Assembly (NCBI GenBank): GCA_963664325.2
Contig: CAXXDQ010000002.1
Coordinates: forward strand, 1 to 64,000
DNA: 64,000 nt
Direction: 5' to 3'
Source of the DNA: Desulfomonilia bacterium
GTDB taxonomy: Bacteria; Desulfobacterota; Desulfomonilia; UBA1062
Each line of letters starts with the position of its first letter. The stretch's first letter is position 1. This document shows positions 45,690 through 55,411 of this stretch, piece after piece. The position numbers were made by a program, and so were the translations under genes. Under the pieces are notes generated by a model, which saw only the letters and a program-made list of their open reading frames with translations, searched no databases and was not told the origin of the DNA.

Positions 45690-46847
45690 ATGGGCATTAA
45701 AGATATATTCAAAAAAATTGAAAATTACGATGAAATGCTGAAGGATACGGCAGTCCTCGAAAAGTATGGATTTGATTACCAGGCAAGAAAAGGAGAAGTG
45801 GGGAGGATTATTGACGAACTTCACCCTAAAAGGCTCAACCTCATCGTTTCGGAAATCAGGCAGGAAACTCCAAGCACAAGATCATTCAGGCTTACTTCCG
45901 CTGATGGGTATCTGCCTCCGTTTCAGGCCGGACAGTATATCAACCTGTTTGCAGATATAGGAGGGGTGAGAACAAGCAGACCCTACAGCATTGCCTCTGC
46001 ACCAACTCAATCGGGTTATTACGAAATTGCTGTCAGGCGCATTGATGACGGCTTTGTATCAAATTATTTGCTGGATGAGTTGAAGGCCGGTGCTTTGATT
46101 GAATCCTCATCTCCGGCGGGAAGCTTCCACTATAATCCTTTATATCAAGGCGACAACCTTGCTTTTATTGCAGGAGGCAGCGGGATTACCCCTTTCATGA
46201 GCATGATCAGGGAACTGGGGGACAGGAATGAGACCCGAAGAATACACCTGTTCTATGGAAGCAGGGTCGAAGAGGATGTCATATATCTTGAAGAGCTGAA
46301 AAAGATTGCTTCAGCCCACAAGAATTTTTCATATGATATTATTATCTCGGAACCGGCAGCCGGTTATACTGGGAAAAAGGGTTTTATCAGTGCTGATGTG
46401 ATTAAAGATAAAATATCATCAGAAGATTGGATGTTCTTTATCTGCGGTCCTGAGGCGATGTATAATTTCTGCCTGCCTGAAGTCGGCAGACTTTCATTGC
46501 CTTCAAGAAAAATCAAGGTCGAGATTATGGGAGCTCCAAAGGATATAACACTGCAGCCCGGTTGGCCTGAAAATGTAAAGGCAAAGGATGTTTTCAGGGT
46601 TTCTATCAGGGGTGGAAAAACCATAAACGCCAGGGCCTCGGAACCGCTGATGGTATCTCTGGAAAGGTCGGGCATCACGATTCCCGCTTTATGCAGATCA
46701 GGAGAATGCAGCCTTTGCAGGACAAAGATATTGTCCGGCAAAGTGTTTCAGCCAAGCGGGGTTAAGCTCAGAAAGTCAGACAGGCGGTTCGGCTACATCC
46801 ATCCATGTGCGGCCTATCCGCTTGAGGATATCGAGATAATGCTTTAA
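45690..46847 (+). CDS. FNR-type flavin reductase with C-terminal [2Fe-2S] ferredoxin
   Basis: RPYS, GFVSNY, AGGSGITP, ICGP, CRSGECSLC. Confidence 0.92.
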   Translation: MGIKDIFKKIENYDEMLKDTAVLEKYGFDYQARKGEVGRIIDELHPKRLNLIVSEIRQETPSTRSFRLTSADGYLPPFQAGQYINLFADIGGVRTSRPYSIASAPTQSGYYEIAVRRIDDGFVSNYLLDELKAGALIESSSPAGSFHYNPLYQGDNLAFIAGGSGITPFMSMIRELGDRNETRRIHLFYGSRVEEDVIYLEELKKIASAHKNFSYDIIISEPAAGYTGKKGFISADVIKDKISSEDWMFFICGPEAMYNFCLPEVGRLSLPSRKIKVEIMGAPKDITLQPGWPENVKAKDVFRVSIRGGKTINARASEPLMVSLERSGITIPALCRSGECSLCRTKILSGKVFQPSGVKLRKSDRRFGYIHPCAAYPLEDIEIML

Positions 46848-46943
46848 TTTTCATGAAATTATGGAGATGCTTTACGAAATTCTTTACTGTAGCCGGGAAA
46901 TTGCATATATTATGATGATAACTTGATTGAGCGGGAGGATATT

Positions 46944-47135
46944 ATGTCTAATTTAACATCAAAAGATGTCGAAATGGCAAAAAAATGTGTGTCCTGTGTG
47001 GTTTGCAAAAGGGCCAGAAAAAATCAGTCCGGTTTTTCTTTCTGGTTTGTCAAAAATATTGAAGACAGTCTTTGCCCTTACTGTAAGGCCTATGAAAGGG
47101 TATACGGCAAAAAGGCGCATGAACCTATTAATTAA
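46944..47135 (+). CDS. Small Cys-rich protein
   Basis: GGGAGG RBS; CVSCVVC and CPYC. Confidence 0.7.
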   Translation: MSNLTSKDVEMAKKCVSCVVCKRARKNQSGFSFWFVKNIEDSLCPYCKAYERVYGKKAHEPIN

Positions 47136-47174
47136 GCTGGTGCAAGGTTTTACAAATAAAAGGAGGGGGTAAAT

Positions 47175-49124
47175 ATGGGTAAAGGTTATATGGGAAAAGT
47201 TTTATTTGTTGACCTGACAAAGGGCGGGTTCAACGAAGAAATTATTCCGGATGAAGTTTACGAAAAATATCTGTCCGGGACAGGCCTGGCTGCTTACCTT
47301 CTTTATAACAGAATTCCTGCCGGCGCCGATCCGCTTGGCCCCAAAAATATCTTCGGGCTTATGTCGGGTCTCCTTACGGGAACAGGAAGCCTCTTTTCAG
47401 GCAGGTGGATGGCTGTAGGCAAATCCCCTCTTACCGGCGGCTGGGGTGACGCCAATTGCGGCGGCCAGTTTTCACCGGCTATCAAAAGAGCGGGATATGA
47501 CGGAATATTCTTTACTGGCGCGAGCAAAAAACCGGTTTATCTGTTCATAGGCGATGGCAAAATGGAACTCAGGGATGCGTCCAGTCTCTGGGGAAAGGAT
47601 GCTGTCGAAACAGAAGAGATGCTGATCGAAGAACATGGCCATGATGCAAAAGTCGCCTGTATCGGAACTTCCGGTGAAAATCTCTCACTGATTTCCGGTA
47701 TATGCAACGACAAGGGCAGGATTGCCGCTCGTTCAGGGCTTGGAGCGGTAATGGGTTCAAAAAAATTAAAGGCAGTCGTCCTTTCAGGTTGCAAACGCAT
47801 ACCAGTGGCAAATCGTGACGAGATGAAAAAGCTCAGCAGGGTTTGCAATAAATGGATTCAGATGCAGCCGCCGTTCGTGCCCGGTTCCATGACCGGTTTT
47901 ATCGGTGCATTCATGCGCATACTTCCGACCCAGATGGCCCAGGATGGTATGCTTTATAAGGTCATGCTCAGAAAATGGGGAACCGTGAGCATGAATCAGG
48001 TTTCCGCCGAAATGGGCGATTCTCCCATAAAGAATTGGTCAGGCAGTGAAAAAGACTTCGGCATGTCCAAGTCCAAACATGTCAATCCCGATGTATTCAC
48101 TGACTGCGAAACAGTAAAATATCACTGCTATTCATGCCCTCTCGGCTGCGGCGGGATTTGCAAAATGACAGGCAAATTCACCGAAACACACAAACCGGAA
48201 TATGAGAGCGTGCTTGCCCTTGGCGGTCTTTGCATGAACGAGGATGCAGACAGCATATTCTACATGAACGAGCTTCTTAACCGAGCCGGTATGGATACCA
48301 TATCAGCCGGCGGTACCATCGCCTTTGCGATTGAATGCTATGAGCGGGGCATTCTTACGAAAGAAGACACTGACGGACTCGAGCTTAATTGGGGTAATAC
48401 CAATGCAATTGTCGCACTCATATACAAGATGATCAAACGTGAAGGCATCGGCGATCTTCTGGCTGACGGGTCAAAGGTGGCTTCCGAAAAGATCGGCAAA
48501 GGATCTGAGCGTTATGCAATTCATGCGGGAGGCCAGGAGCTTGCAATGCATGATGGAAGAGCCGACCCCGGTTTCGGCCTGCATTACAGTGTGGACCCTA
48601 CACCCGGCAGACACACTATCGGCGCATGGCTTTATTATGAGATGTTCCAGCTTTGGAAAAAGGTTAAAAGCCTGCCTGCTGTCAAACCACTTTACCACAA
48701 AAATGCCAAATATAAGGCCGATGAGGAAAAGATGGTATGGTCAAGCGCCTGCAGTAAATTCATGAATGTGCTCAACGGTGCAGGCATGTGCATGTTCGGT
48801 GCATTTGTCGGAATAAAGAGAACTCCTACCTTTGACTGGCTGAATGCTGCAACCGGCTGGAACAAGGATCCTGAAGAGTATATGGCTATGGGCGAGCGTA
48901 TTCAGACCCTTAAACAGCAGTTTAACGTAAAACAGGGAATTGAGCCTAAGTCATTTAAGGCAAACGACCGTTCACTTGGCATTCCGCCTCTGCTCGAAGG
49001 CGGGAACAAAGGCAGGACGGTTGAGATCGACAAGCTGATGGAAGGTTACTGGACGGCATTCGGATGGGATGCCGAGACGGGAAAACCCAAGGCTGAAACC
49101 CTGGCAAGGCTGGGAATAGAATAA
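47175..49124 (+). CDS. Aldehyde:ferredoxin oxidoreductase (tungstopterin AOR family)
   Basis: KSPLTGGWG, GLGAVMGSKKLKAV, CYSCPLGC, PEYE, GMDTIS. Confidence 0.95.
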   Translation: MGKGYMGKVLFVDLTKGGFNEEIIPDEVYEKYLSGTGLAAYLLYNRIPAGADPLGPKNIFGLMSGLLTGTGSLFSGRWMAVGKSPLTGGWGDANCGGQFSPAIKRAGYDGIFFTGASKKPVYLFIGDGKMELRDASSLWGKDAVETEEMLIEEHGHDAKVACIGTSGENLSLISGICNDKGRIAARSGLGAVMGSKKLKAVVLSGCKRIPVANRDEMKKLSRVCNKWIQMQPPFVPGSMTGFIGAFMRILPTQMAQDGMLYKVMLRKWGTVSMNQVSAEMGDSPIKNWSGSEKDFGMSKSKHVNPDVFTDCETVKYHCYSCPLGCGGICKMTGKFTETHKPEYESVLALGGLCMNEDADSIFYMNELLNRAGMDTISAGGTIAFAIECYERGILTKEDTDGLELNWGNTNAIVALIYKMIKREGIGDLLADGSKVASEKIGKGSERYAIHAGGQELAMHDGRADPGFGLHYSVDPTPGRHTIGAWLYYEMFQLWKKVKSLPAVKPLYHKNAKYKADEEKMVWSSACSKFMNVLNGAGMCMFGAFVGIKRTPTFDWLNAATGWNKDPEEYMAMGERIQTLKQQFNVKQGIEPKSFKANDRSLGIPPLLEGGNKGRTVEIDKLMEGYWTAFGWDAETGKPKAETLARLGIE

Positions 49125-49139
49125 GGGGAGGATAGCAGG

Positions 49140-49568
49140 ATGTCATATACCATAATTGAAGTTTGCAATGGCTGTGGTGCATGCAAAAAGATATGCCCGG
49201 CTAATGCCATAAGCGGGACCGCGAAGAAGCTTCATGTAATAGATGATGCACTCTGCATTGAGTGCGGAGCCTGCGGGAAAGTCTGCCCCAAAGAGGCTGT
49301 CAAGGACAATTTCGGCAGGATATGCACCCTTGTCAAGAAATCCGAATGGGAAAAACCGGTATTCGATAACAAGAAATGCAATTCATGCGTGATATGTGTA
49401 GATGCATGTCCGACCGGGTGCCTTGCCATGTCAGGAGCGATGGGGCTTGATAAGCATGCAAAGCCATATATCAAGGACGATAAGGCTTGCATCGGGTGCG
49501 GCTTCTGTTCAGTCGAATGCCCGGTCGATGCAATAACGATGGTAAAGCCTGCTCCGAAGGCTGCTTAG
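49140..49568 (+). CDS. Polyferredoxin (four [4Fe-4S] motifs)
   Basis: Four CxxCxxCxxxCP motifs. Confidence 0.95.
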   Translation: MSYTIIEVCNGCGACKKICPANAISGTAKKLHVIDDALCIECGACGKVCPKEAVKDNFGRICTLVKKSEWEKPVFDNKKCNSCVICVDACPTGCLAMSGAMGLDKHAKPYIKDDKACIGCGFCSVECPVDAITMVKPAPKAA

Positions 49569-49664
49569 TAAAATGCCGCGGTACACATCCGGGATGTGGT
49601 GTGTACCGCTGATTATCATGTTAATATCCTTTCAACAAATCTGAATTATTCGATTATCAAGCAA

Positions 49665-50726
49665 ATGCGTACTGGAATAATGACAACGCCGCTTCATGGT
49701 GGAAAGGCCCCGGTCTGGCTTTTTAAAAGGATGCAGGCCCTTGCCGGAGAGATAGTAAAGGCAATCGTGATAGATTATGGGACAGATGAACTGTTGAAAA
49801 GGCTGTCAGAGCCCTTATGGTTTCAGGCGCTTGGCTGCGTACTTGGATTTGACTGGCATTCAAGCGGGGTGACGACAACCGTCTGCGGTGCAATCAAAGA
49901 GGGCATAGCCGGTTTTGAGCATGAAATAGGCTTTTTCGCCTGCGGGGGCAAAGGGGCGAGATCGCGGCAGACGCCGGCCGATATTGAAGCAAGGTGCGAA
50001 AAACTCGGTGTCGAACCCACCGGACTTGTCCGTGCCAGCAGGCTCTCGGCCAAGGTTGACAACAATGCCCTGCAGGACGGACATCAGCTTTACCATCACA
50101 ACCTCTTTTTTGACTCCTCACTGAAATGGACGGTTGTCCAGCAGGGCATGAATGAAGAGATGCGGATTGCCCGCAGATACCACTGGTATTCGCCGTTCCT
50201 GAGGGATTTTGTCGAGGAGCCTCATACTGGGATAACCGCACAATCATCCCTGCAATCGGTCTATGACCTCACTGCAAAGTCGAGCCGTGATGCCAGGGAT
50301 GCATCGGTTGAAATACTTTTGCAGGGTCCTAATTTTGTCATTGGCGAACTGAAGAGGGCAAAGGAATACAGCCTGCCTTTCAGGCATGAAGTTATGCTTC
50401 GCGACATAAATCCGGATAATATACGCAGGGTCCTCATTGAAACTTATGAACAGAATCCGGCGGATTTTACCTCTCTCATAGGGGCCAAAGGTGCAGGTCC
50501 GAAAACAATAAGGGCCTTATCCCTGCTGGCAGAGATCATCCACGGCACAAAAGTCAGCCGTACCGATCCTGCTGTTTTTTCATTCGCGCATGGAGGGAAG
50601 GACGGTACACCTTACCCGGTTGACAGGAAGAACTATGACCATTCGATAGAAGTTCTGAAAACAGCTCTAGAAAAGGCGAGGATTGGCGACAAGGAAAAGC
50701 TTGATGCTATGAAAAGGCTTGCCTGA
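49665..50726 (+). CDS. DUF763-family protein
   Basis: PLHGGKAPVWLF, DWHSSGVTT, SAKVDN, FAHGGKDG. Confidence 0.88.
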   Translation: MRTGIMTTPLHGGKAPVWLFKRMQALAGEIVKAIVIDYGTDELLKRLSEPLWFQALGCVLGFDWHSSGVTTTVCGAIKEGIAGFEHEIGFFACGGKGARSRQTPADIEARCEKLGVEPTGLVRASRLSAKVDNNALQDGHQLYHHNLFFDSSLKWTVVQQGMNEEMRIARRYHWYSPFLRDFVEEPHTGITAQSSLQSVYDLTAKSSRDARDASVEILLQGPNFVIGELKRAKEYSLPFRHEVMLRDINPDNIRRVLIETYEQNPADFTSLIGAKGAGPKTIRALSLLAEIIHGTKVSRTDPAVFSFAHGGKDGTPYPVDRKNYDHSIEVLKTALEKARIGDKEKLDAMKRLA

Positions 50727-50739
50727 AGATTTTGATCCT

Positions 50740-51117
50740 TCAGATAAAATGTTCGGTTTTGGCTGTCACCGTCTTTTTTACAGTAGTAAGCGTATCCGTC
50801 AACACCGGGATAACATGTTCCCTGATATCGCCGGCGACGGCAATAAGCAGCAGGTCATCTCCCACTTCCAGTTCACCCTCGTTTACATGGACCAGGATTT
50901 CGAATATCCCGGGACGTGATTTCTGATCGGCAATTATATCCTCGAGCTTATTCCTGTCTGCCGAGACGGTTACACCGCTAACTTTTCTGCCGTCGCGGGA
51001 GGTTCCTCTTACAATTCCGTTGTGGCATAGTATCATGCCCACTGAATCCGATCCGGGCATGGCTTTTATTTTCCTTACCATATCATCAAGGATTGTCTGT
51101 TTTCCCATATAGCTCAC
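50740..51117 (-). CDS. moaE: Molybdopterin synthase catalytic subunit MoaE-like
   Basis: GMILCHNGIVRG, GELEVGD, AVAGDIR, KTE. Confidence 0.8.
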   Translation of the reverse strand: MSYMGKQTILDDMVRKIKAMPGSDSVGMILCHNGIVRGTSRDGRKVSGVTVSADRNKLEDIIADQKSRPGIFEILVHVNEGELEVGDDLLLIAVAGDIREHVIPVLTDTLTTVKKTVTAKTEHFI

Positions 51118-52520
51118 TTTTTCTTTTTGATAAGCCCCAGTTCATCCGCCTTAATATAAAATGTCTTATAGTTCATGCCCGATTCTCGGGCGGCCTCTGC
51201 TATCACGCCTTTGTTTTTTTCAAGGAGTTCGTAGATGAATCTGTACTCAAAATTATCGAGCAGCTTCTTTTTCTGTTCATGATAATTACCTGTCGGTTTC
51301 TGTTCGGACAGAAAGTCTTGCTCAGGTCCTGATGCGCTCGGGTTGTCCTGCTGGAGCAAAAAAGGGAATCCTTCAATATAACCGGCCTGCGCTGAGACTA
51401 TTGCCCGCTGTACGACATTTTCAAGTTCGCGGACATTGCCTGGCCAGGGATATTTCATCAGTTCGTCCATGGCTTTCGGGGTAACGCCTTTAAGGGCCGG
51501 ATTGAGTTTTCTGCCGTATTTGCTGATGAAGTGACCGACAAGAATCGGTATGTCCTCTATCCTTTGTCTTAGCGGGGGGATCATTATCGGAAAAACGCTT
51601 ATCCGGTAATAGAGGTCCTCCCTGAAGAGCTTTTCCTTTATCATGTTCTGAATCGGGCGGTTTGTTGCACAGACCAGCCTGAAATCGAGTTCCACCTCCT
51701 TGTTGCTCCCAAGCCTGGTTATGCAGCCATCCTGGACAACCCTTAATATTTTTGCCTGAAGGCCGGTCGGGATGTCGCCGATCTCATCAAGAAAGAGCGT
51801 TCCAGTGTGGGCCTTTTCAAACCGTCCTATCCTTTGCGTAAGGGCACCGGTGAAGGCGCCCTTTTCATGCCCGAAAAATTCGCTCTCCAAAAGGTTTTCC
51901 GGGACGGCGGCACAGTTTATTGTCACAAAAGGCCTGCCCCTGCGTGAACTCCTGTGGTGGATGGACCGCGCTACGAGCTCTTTACCGGTCCCAGTTTCTC
52001 CCAGTATCAGAACGGTAAGATCTGTGTCTGCGGCCATGATTATCTGGTCATAGACCTTCTGCATGGAAGAATGGGCCCCGATGATCTGGTCCAGCCCTTG
52101 TCCGTGCTGCTGTAACTGGCCTTTCAGTTCGATATTTTCCTTTAGAATTTCCTGCTGCCTTATAATCTTTGTAAGGGCTATTTCCAGGGTGTCCATATTA
52201 AACGGCTTTTCCAGGAAATCATACGCTCCGTACCTCATGGCTTCAACGGCCAGAGAGACATTTCCGAATGCAGTAACGACAACCACATATGTTCCCGGGT
52301 GCTTTTCATTGATTGTTTTAAGGAGGGTCATGCCGTTCATCCTCGGCATGCGCATGTCTGTTATCACTATGTCAAATGACTCCCGGGACATTTTATCAAG
52401 TGCTTCGATCCCGTCGCCTGCAGTGTTTATCTCAAAGGTCGGATGCGAATGCAGCAGGGCTTCTTTGAGTTGTTCAACAAAGACTTCTTCGTCATCAACA
52501 AGCAGGACTTTTTTGGTCAT
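51114..52520 (-). CDS. NtrC-family sigma54 response regulator
   Basis: REC (VDDE, TDMRMP, KP), GETGTGKE, GAFTGA, C-terminal HTH. Confidence 0.95.
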   Translation of the reverse strand: MTKKVLLVDDEEVFVEQLKEALLHSHPTFEINTAGDGIEALDKMSRESFDIVITDMRMPRMNGMTLLKTINEKHPGTYVVVVTAFGNVSLAVEAMRYGAYDFLEKPFNMDTLEIALTKIIRQQEILKENIELKGQLQQHGQGLDQIIGAHSSMQKVYDQIIMAADTDLTVLILGETGTGKELVARSIHHRSSRRGRPFVTINCAAVPENLLESEFFGHEKGAFTGALTQRIGRFEKAHTGTLFLDEIGDIPTGLQAKILRVVQDGCITRLGSNKEVELDFRLVCATNRPIQNMIKEKLFREDLYYRISVFPIMIPPLRQRIEDIPILVGHFISKYGRKLNPALKGVTPKAMDELMKYPWPGNVRELENVVQRAIVSAQAGYIEGFPFLLQQDNPSASGPEQDFLSEQKPTGNYHEQKKKLLDNFEYRFIYELLEKNKGVIAEAARESGMNYKTFYIKADELGLIKKKK

Positions 52521-54052
52521 ATTGAAGGCTCCGTATATTTTGAATTTCTTACAATTTTCATCGGGTCCAGCGGCAGCCTGATAACAAATTCGGCGCCTTT
52601 ACCAGGTGGATTTTGGGCAAAAACATAGCCGCCATGCGCTTCAACAACCTTTTGGACCAGCGAAAGCCCAAGGCCCGTGCCGGTCTTCTTGGTGGTGAAA
52701 AACGGCTGAAATACTTTTTTAAACTCGTCTTCTGGTATACCTGGGCCCGTATCGCTGATGCTTATTTCCAAAGCATCCGACTTTATCAAAAGGCCCCCGG
52801 TCTCGAAGTCATGGGACTTCAACAGGCGCGTTTTAAAAGAAAGAACGCCTCCAGCCTGCATCGCATCCATTGCATTATCCAATATGTCTTCTATGGCCTG
52901 CCTGAGCTGTATGCCGTCTGCCACGACAGAATCGGCCCTTGTGTCATAATCAGTTTCAACCATGATATTTCTTTCATTGAGTTCAGCCTCATGGTTGAAT
53001 ATAAGCCCGTCAATTATATTTCCCACATGGTAGACTCTGAGTTTGAGCCTTCCCGATCTGCTCCAGTCCAGGACTTCCGTCACAAACCGTTCCAGATTTT
53101 CAATTCCCTGGTTGACTCCTTCGAGGATTCTTTTCTGCTTTTTATCCAGTGAGCTTGACAATGATAGCAGTTCTAGTCCGGTCTTGATTTTCTGCAGGGG
53201 ATTCCTAACCTCATGGGCGACATGGGCGCTCATCTCACCAAGAATGGCCATTTTTCTCGTTTCGGCCAGTTCGCGTTCCATTTGTTTCCTCTGTGTAATA
53301 TCTCGAATGATATTCTGCGTGGCTATGCTTCCCTCATATTCAATAATCGCTGGCGTTATCTCAGAATCATGCCAGCAGCCGTCCTTTCCGACAAAAGATA
53401 TTTCATACTGGGCAGGTACTTTTTCACCCCGTATCCTTCTTACGTAGCGATCTTCTATAAAGTCCGCAAGCTCAGGATGGACAATGTCACGCAGGCCCAT
53501 GTTCAGAAGTTCCTTTTCCGTATAACCCAATATTTCATAGAACTTTGAGTTGGCATACCGGAAACGGTGATCCTGATAGACGAATATTCCGTCATTCGCT
53601 TTTTCGACAAGTATACGATATTTCTCTTCAGACACCCTGAGTTTGTCCTGTACCGCTTTAATGGGTCTCAAATCCCGGAATATATTCATTGTCGCAGCCG
53701 GATTTCCGTGCCGGTAGATATAGGAAACAGAGAGTGAAATAGGGATGAGGGAACCGTCTTTTGCATAAAGCGTGGTTTCCTCCCCGACCAGTTTAAGCGG
53801 ATTTTCAGCTGTCCCTTTGTTTAAAATCGAAAGAATCCTCTCCTGCTCGCCCTGTCCCATGAAACGCCTGAAGGAGACCTTTTTATCGATAATGTCCTCC
53901 GAATTGTAGCCTGTCATTTTCTGGGCAGCCTCATTGAAAATCAGCACGCGGCCTTCTATATCGGTTGCAATGATGGCATCGCTTGAGTTGTCGATCAGGC
54001 TGAAGAGGAAATCTTCTTCCAGCTTAAAGAGCCTTCCTTTTTTACCGGCCAA
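52517..54052 (-). CDS. Cytoplasmic two-PAS sensor histidine kinase
   Basis: Two PAS domains; AHEVRNPL, DTGPGI, PFFTTK, GTGLGL. Confidence 0.95.
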   Translation of the reverse strand: MAGKKGRLFKLEEDFLFSLIDNSSDAIIATDIEGRVLIFNEAAQKMTGYNSEDIIDKKVSFRRFMGQGEQERILSILNKGTAENPLKLVGEETTLYAKDGSLIPISLSVSYIYRHGNPAATMNIFRDLRPIKAVQDKLRVSEEKYRILVEKANDGIFVYQDHRFRYANSKFYEILGYTEKELLNMGLRDIVHPELADFIEDRYVRRIRGEKVPAQYEISFVGKDGCWHDSEITPAIIEYEGSIATQNIIRDITQRKQMERELAETRKMAILGEMSAHVAHEVRNPLQKIKTGLELLSLSSSLDKKQKRILEGVNQGIENLERFVTEVLDWSRSGRLKLRVYHVGNIIDGLIFNHEAELNERNIMVETDYDTRADSVVADGIQLRQAIEDILDNAMDAMQAGGVLSFKTRLLKSHDFETGGLLIKSDALEISISDTGPGIPEDEFKKVFQPFFTTKKTGTGLGLSLVQKVVEAHGGYVFAQNPPGKGAEFVIRLPLDPMKIVRNSKYTEPSI

Positions 54053-54160
54053 CTATTTGACTCCTTTTTGGTTTTATCTTGAAAACTATACCAGCAAATT
54101 GCATTGAAGACAAATTAGGGATAGTAGTTTAAGTGTTTTTACTGACAGGCGAGGGCTAGA

Positions 54161-54697
54161 ATGGAGTACATTATCAATGGCAATAAACTCGAGCTTATTA
54201 TGGGCGATATAACAGCTCAGGATACAGAGGCTGTAGTGAATGCCGCCAATTCAAGGCTTGCGCCGGGTGGCGGAGTAGCCGGCGCCATACACAGGGCAGC
54301 CGGACCCGGCTTATGGGATGAGTGCTCCGGACTGGGCGGGTGTGCTACGGGTGAAGCAAAACTCAGCGGCGGTCACAAGCTGCCTAATAAATATGTTATA
54401 CATACTGTAGGGCCTGTTTACAGCGGGTCATCAAGTGATCCGGTATTGCTAGGATCCTGCTACAGAAAATCACTTGAAATCGCCGAAAGGAATAACATCA
54501 AGACAATCTCTTTCCCGGCGCTGTCGACAGGTATCTTCGGGTATCCTGTTAAAGACGCCGCGGAAGTGGCGTTTAAAACAATTATTGACTATCTGAAAAG
54601 CACTTCGAAAATAAACGTTGTCAGGATGGTCTTATATGACGAGGCATCATATAGGGTTCATGCGGAGGTTTTGAAAGAAATGACCGGAGGAAAGTGA
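54161..54697 (+). CDS. Macro-domain (YmdB-like) ADP-ribose-processing protein
   Basis: GDIT, VNAAN, GGGVAGAIHRAAG, IHTVGP, STGIFGYP. Confidence 0.95.
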   Translation: MEYIINGNKLELIMGDITAQDTEAVVNAANSRLAPGGGVAGAIHRAAGPGLWDECSGLGGCATGEAKLSGGHKLPNKYVIHTVGPVYSGSSSDPVLLGSCYRKSLEIAERNNIKTISFPALSTGIFGYPVKDAAEVAFKTIIDYLKSTSKINVVRMVLYDEASYRVHAEVLKEMTGGK

Positions 54698-55411
54698 ATG
54701 AAGATTGTTGCCGTGATACCTGCCAGGTTCGCATCTACGAGATTTCCCGGAAAACCACTCACCGATGTCTGCGGCAAGACGATGATAGAACGTGTTTATG
54801 AACAGGCTGCCAAGATAGCCGGAATTGAGAAAGTCATTGTTGCAACCGATGATGAAAGGATAATGGCCGCCGTAAAGGGATTTGGCGGCAGTCCGGTCAT
54901 GACAGGCCAGGAATGTGCGTCGGGAACGGACCGGGTGGCGGAGGCGGTAAAAGATATTGACGCTGATGCAGTCATTAATGTCCAGGGCGATCAGGTTATA
55001 CTTGATTCCGGTGCGCTGGCCGGTCTTGTGGAGTGCATGGCCCGGGGTGAACGGATGGCAACTATAGCGGTACCTGCAAGGCCTGTTGATGTGGATGACC
55101 CCAACATCGTAAAGGTGGTCTGTTCAATTAAGGGATACGCCCTTTATTTTTCGCGTTCCACGATTCCTTACCTGAGAAACTGCGGCCATTACAGGATGCT
55201 GAAGCATGTGGGGATCTACGGATATACCAAGGAGACGCTTTTCAGTTTCAGGGATCTGCCCCAGTCGCCGCTTGAGATGAGCGAATCGCTTGAGCAGTTG
55301 AGGGCGCTTGAAAACGGCATACCGATAAAAGTGGTTATGGCTGAAGGAGAATTTCATGAGATCAACACGGAGCAGGACAGGGAAAGGATAATCAGGGCGT
55401 GGCCTCTCTGA
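54698..55411 (+). CDS. kdsB: CMP-Kdo synthetase
   Basis: IPARFASTRFPGKPL, SGTDR, NVQGD, LEQLRALENG. Confidence 0.96.
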   Translation: MKIVAVIPARFASTRFPGKPLTDVCGKTMIERVYEQAAKIAGIEKVIVATDDERIMAAVKGFGGSPVMTGQECASGTDRVAEAVKDIDADAVINVQGDQVILDSGALAGLVECMARGERMATIAVPARPVDVDDPNIVKVVCSIKGYALYFSRSTIPYLRNCGHYRMLKHVGIYGYTKETLFSFRDLPQSPLEMSESLEQLRALENGIPIKVVMAEGEFHEINTEQDRERIIRAWPL

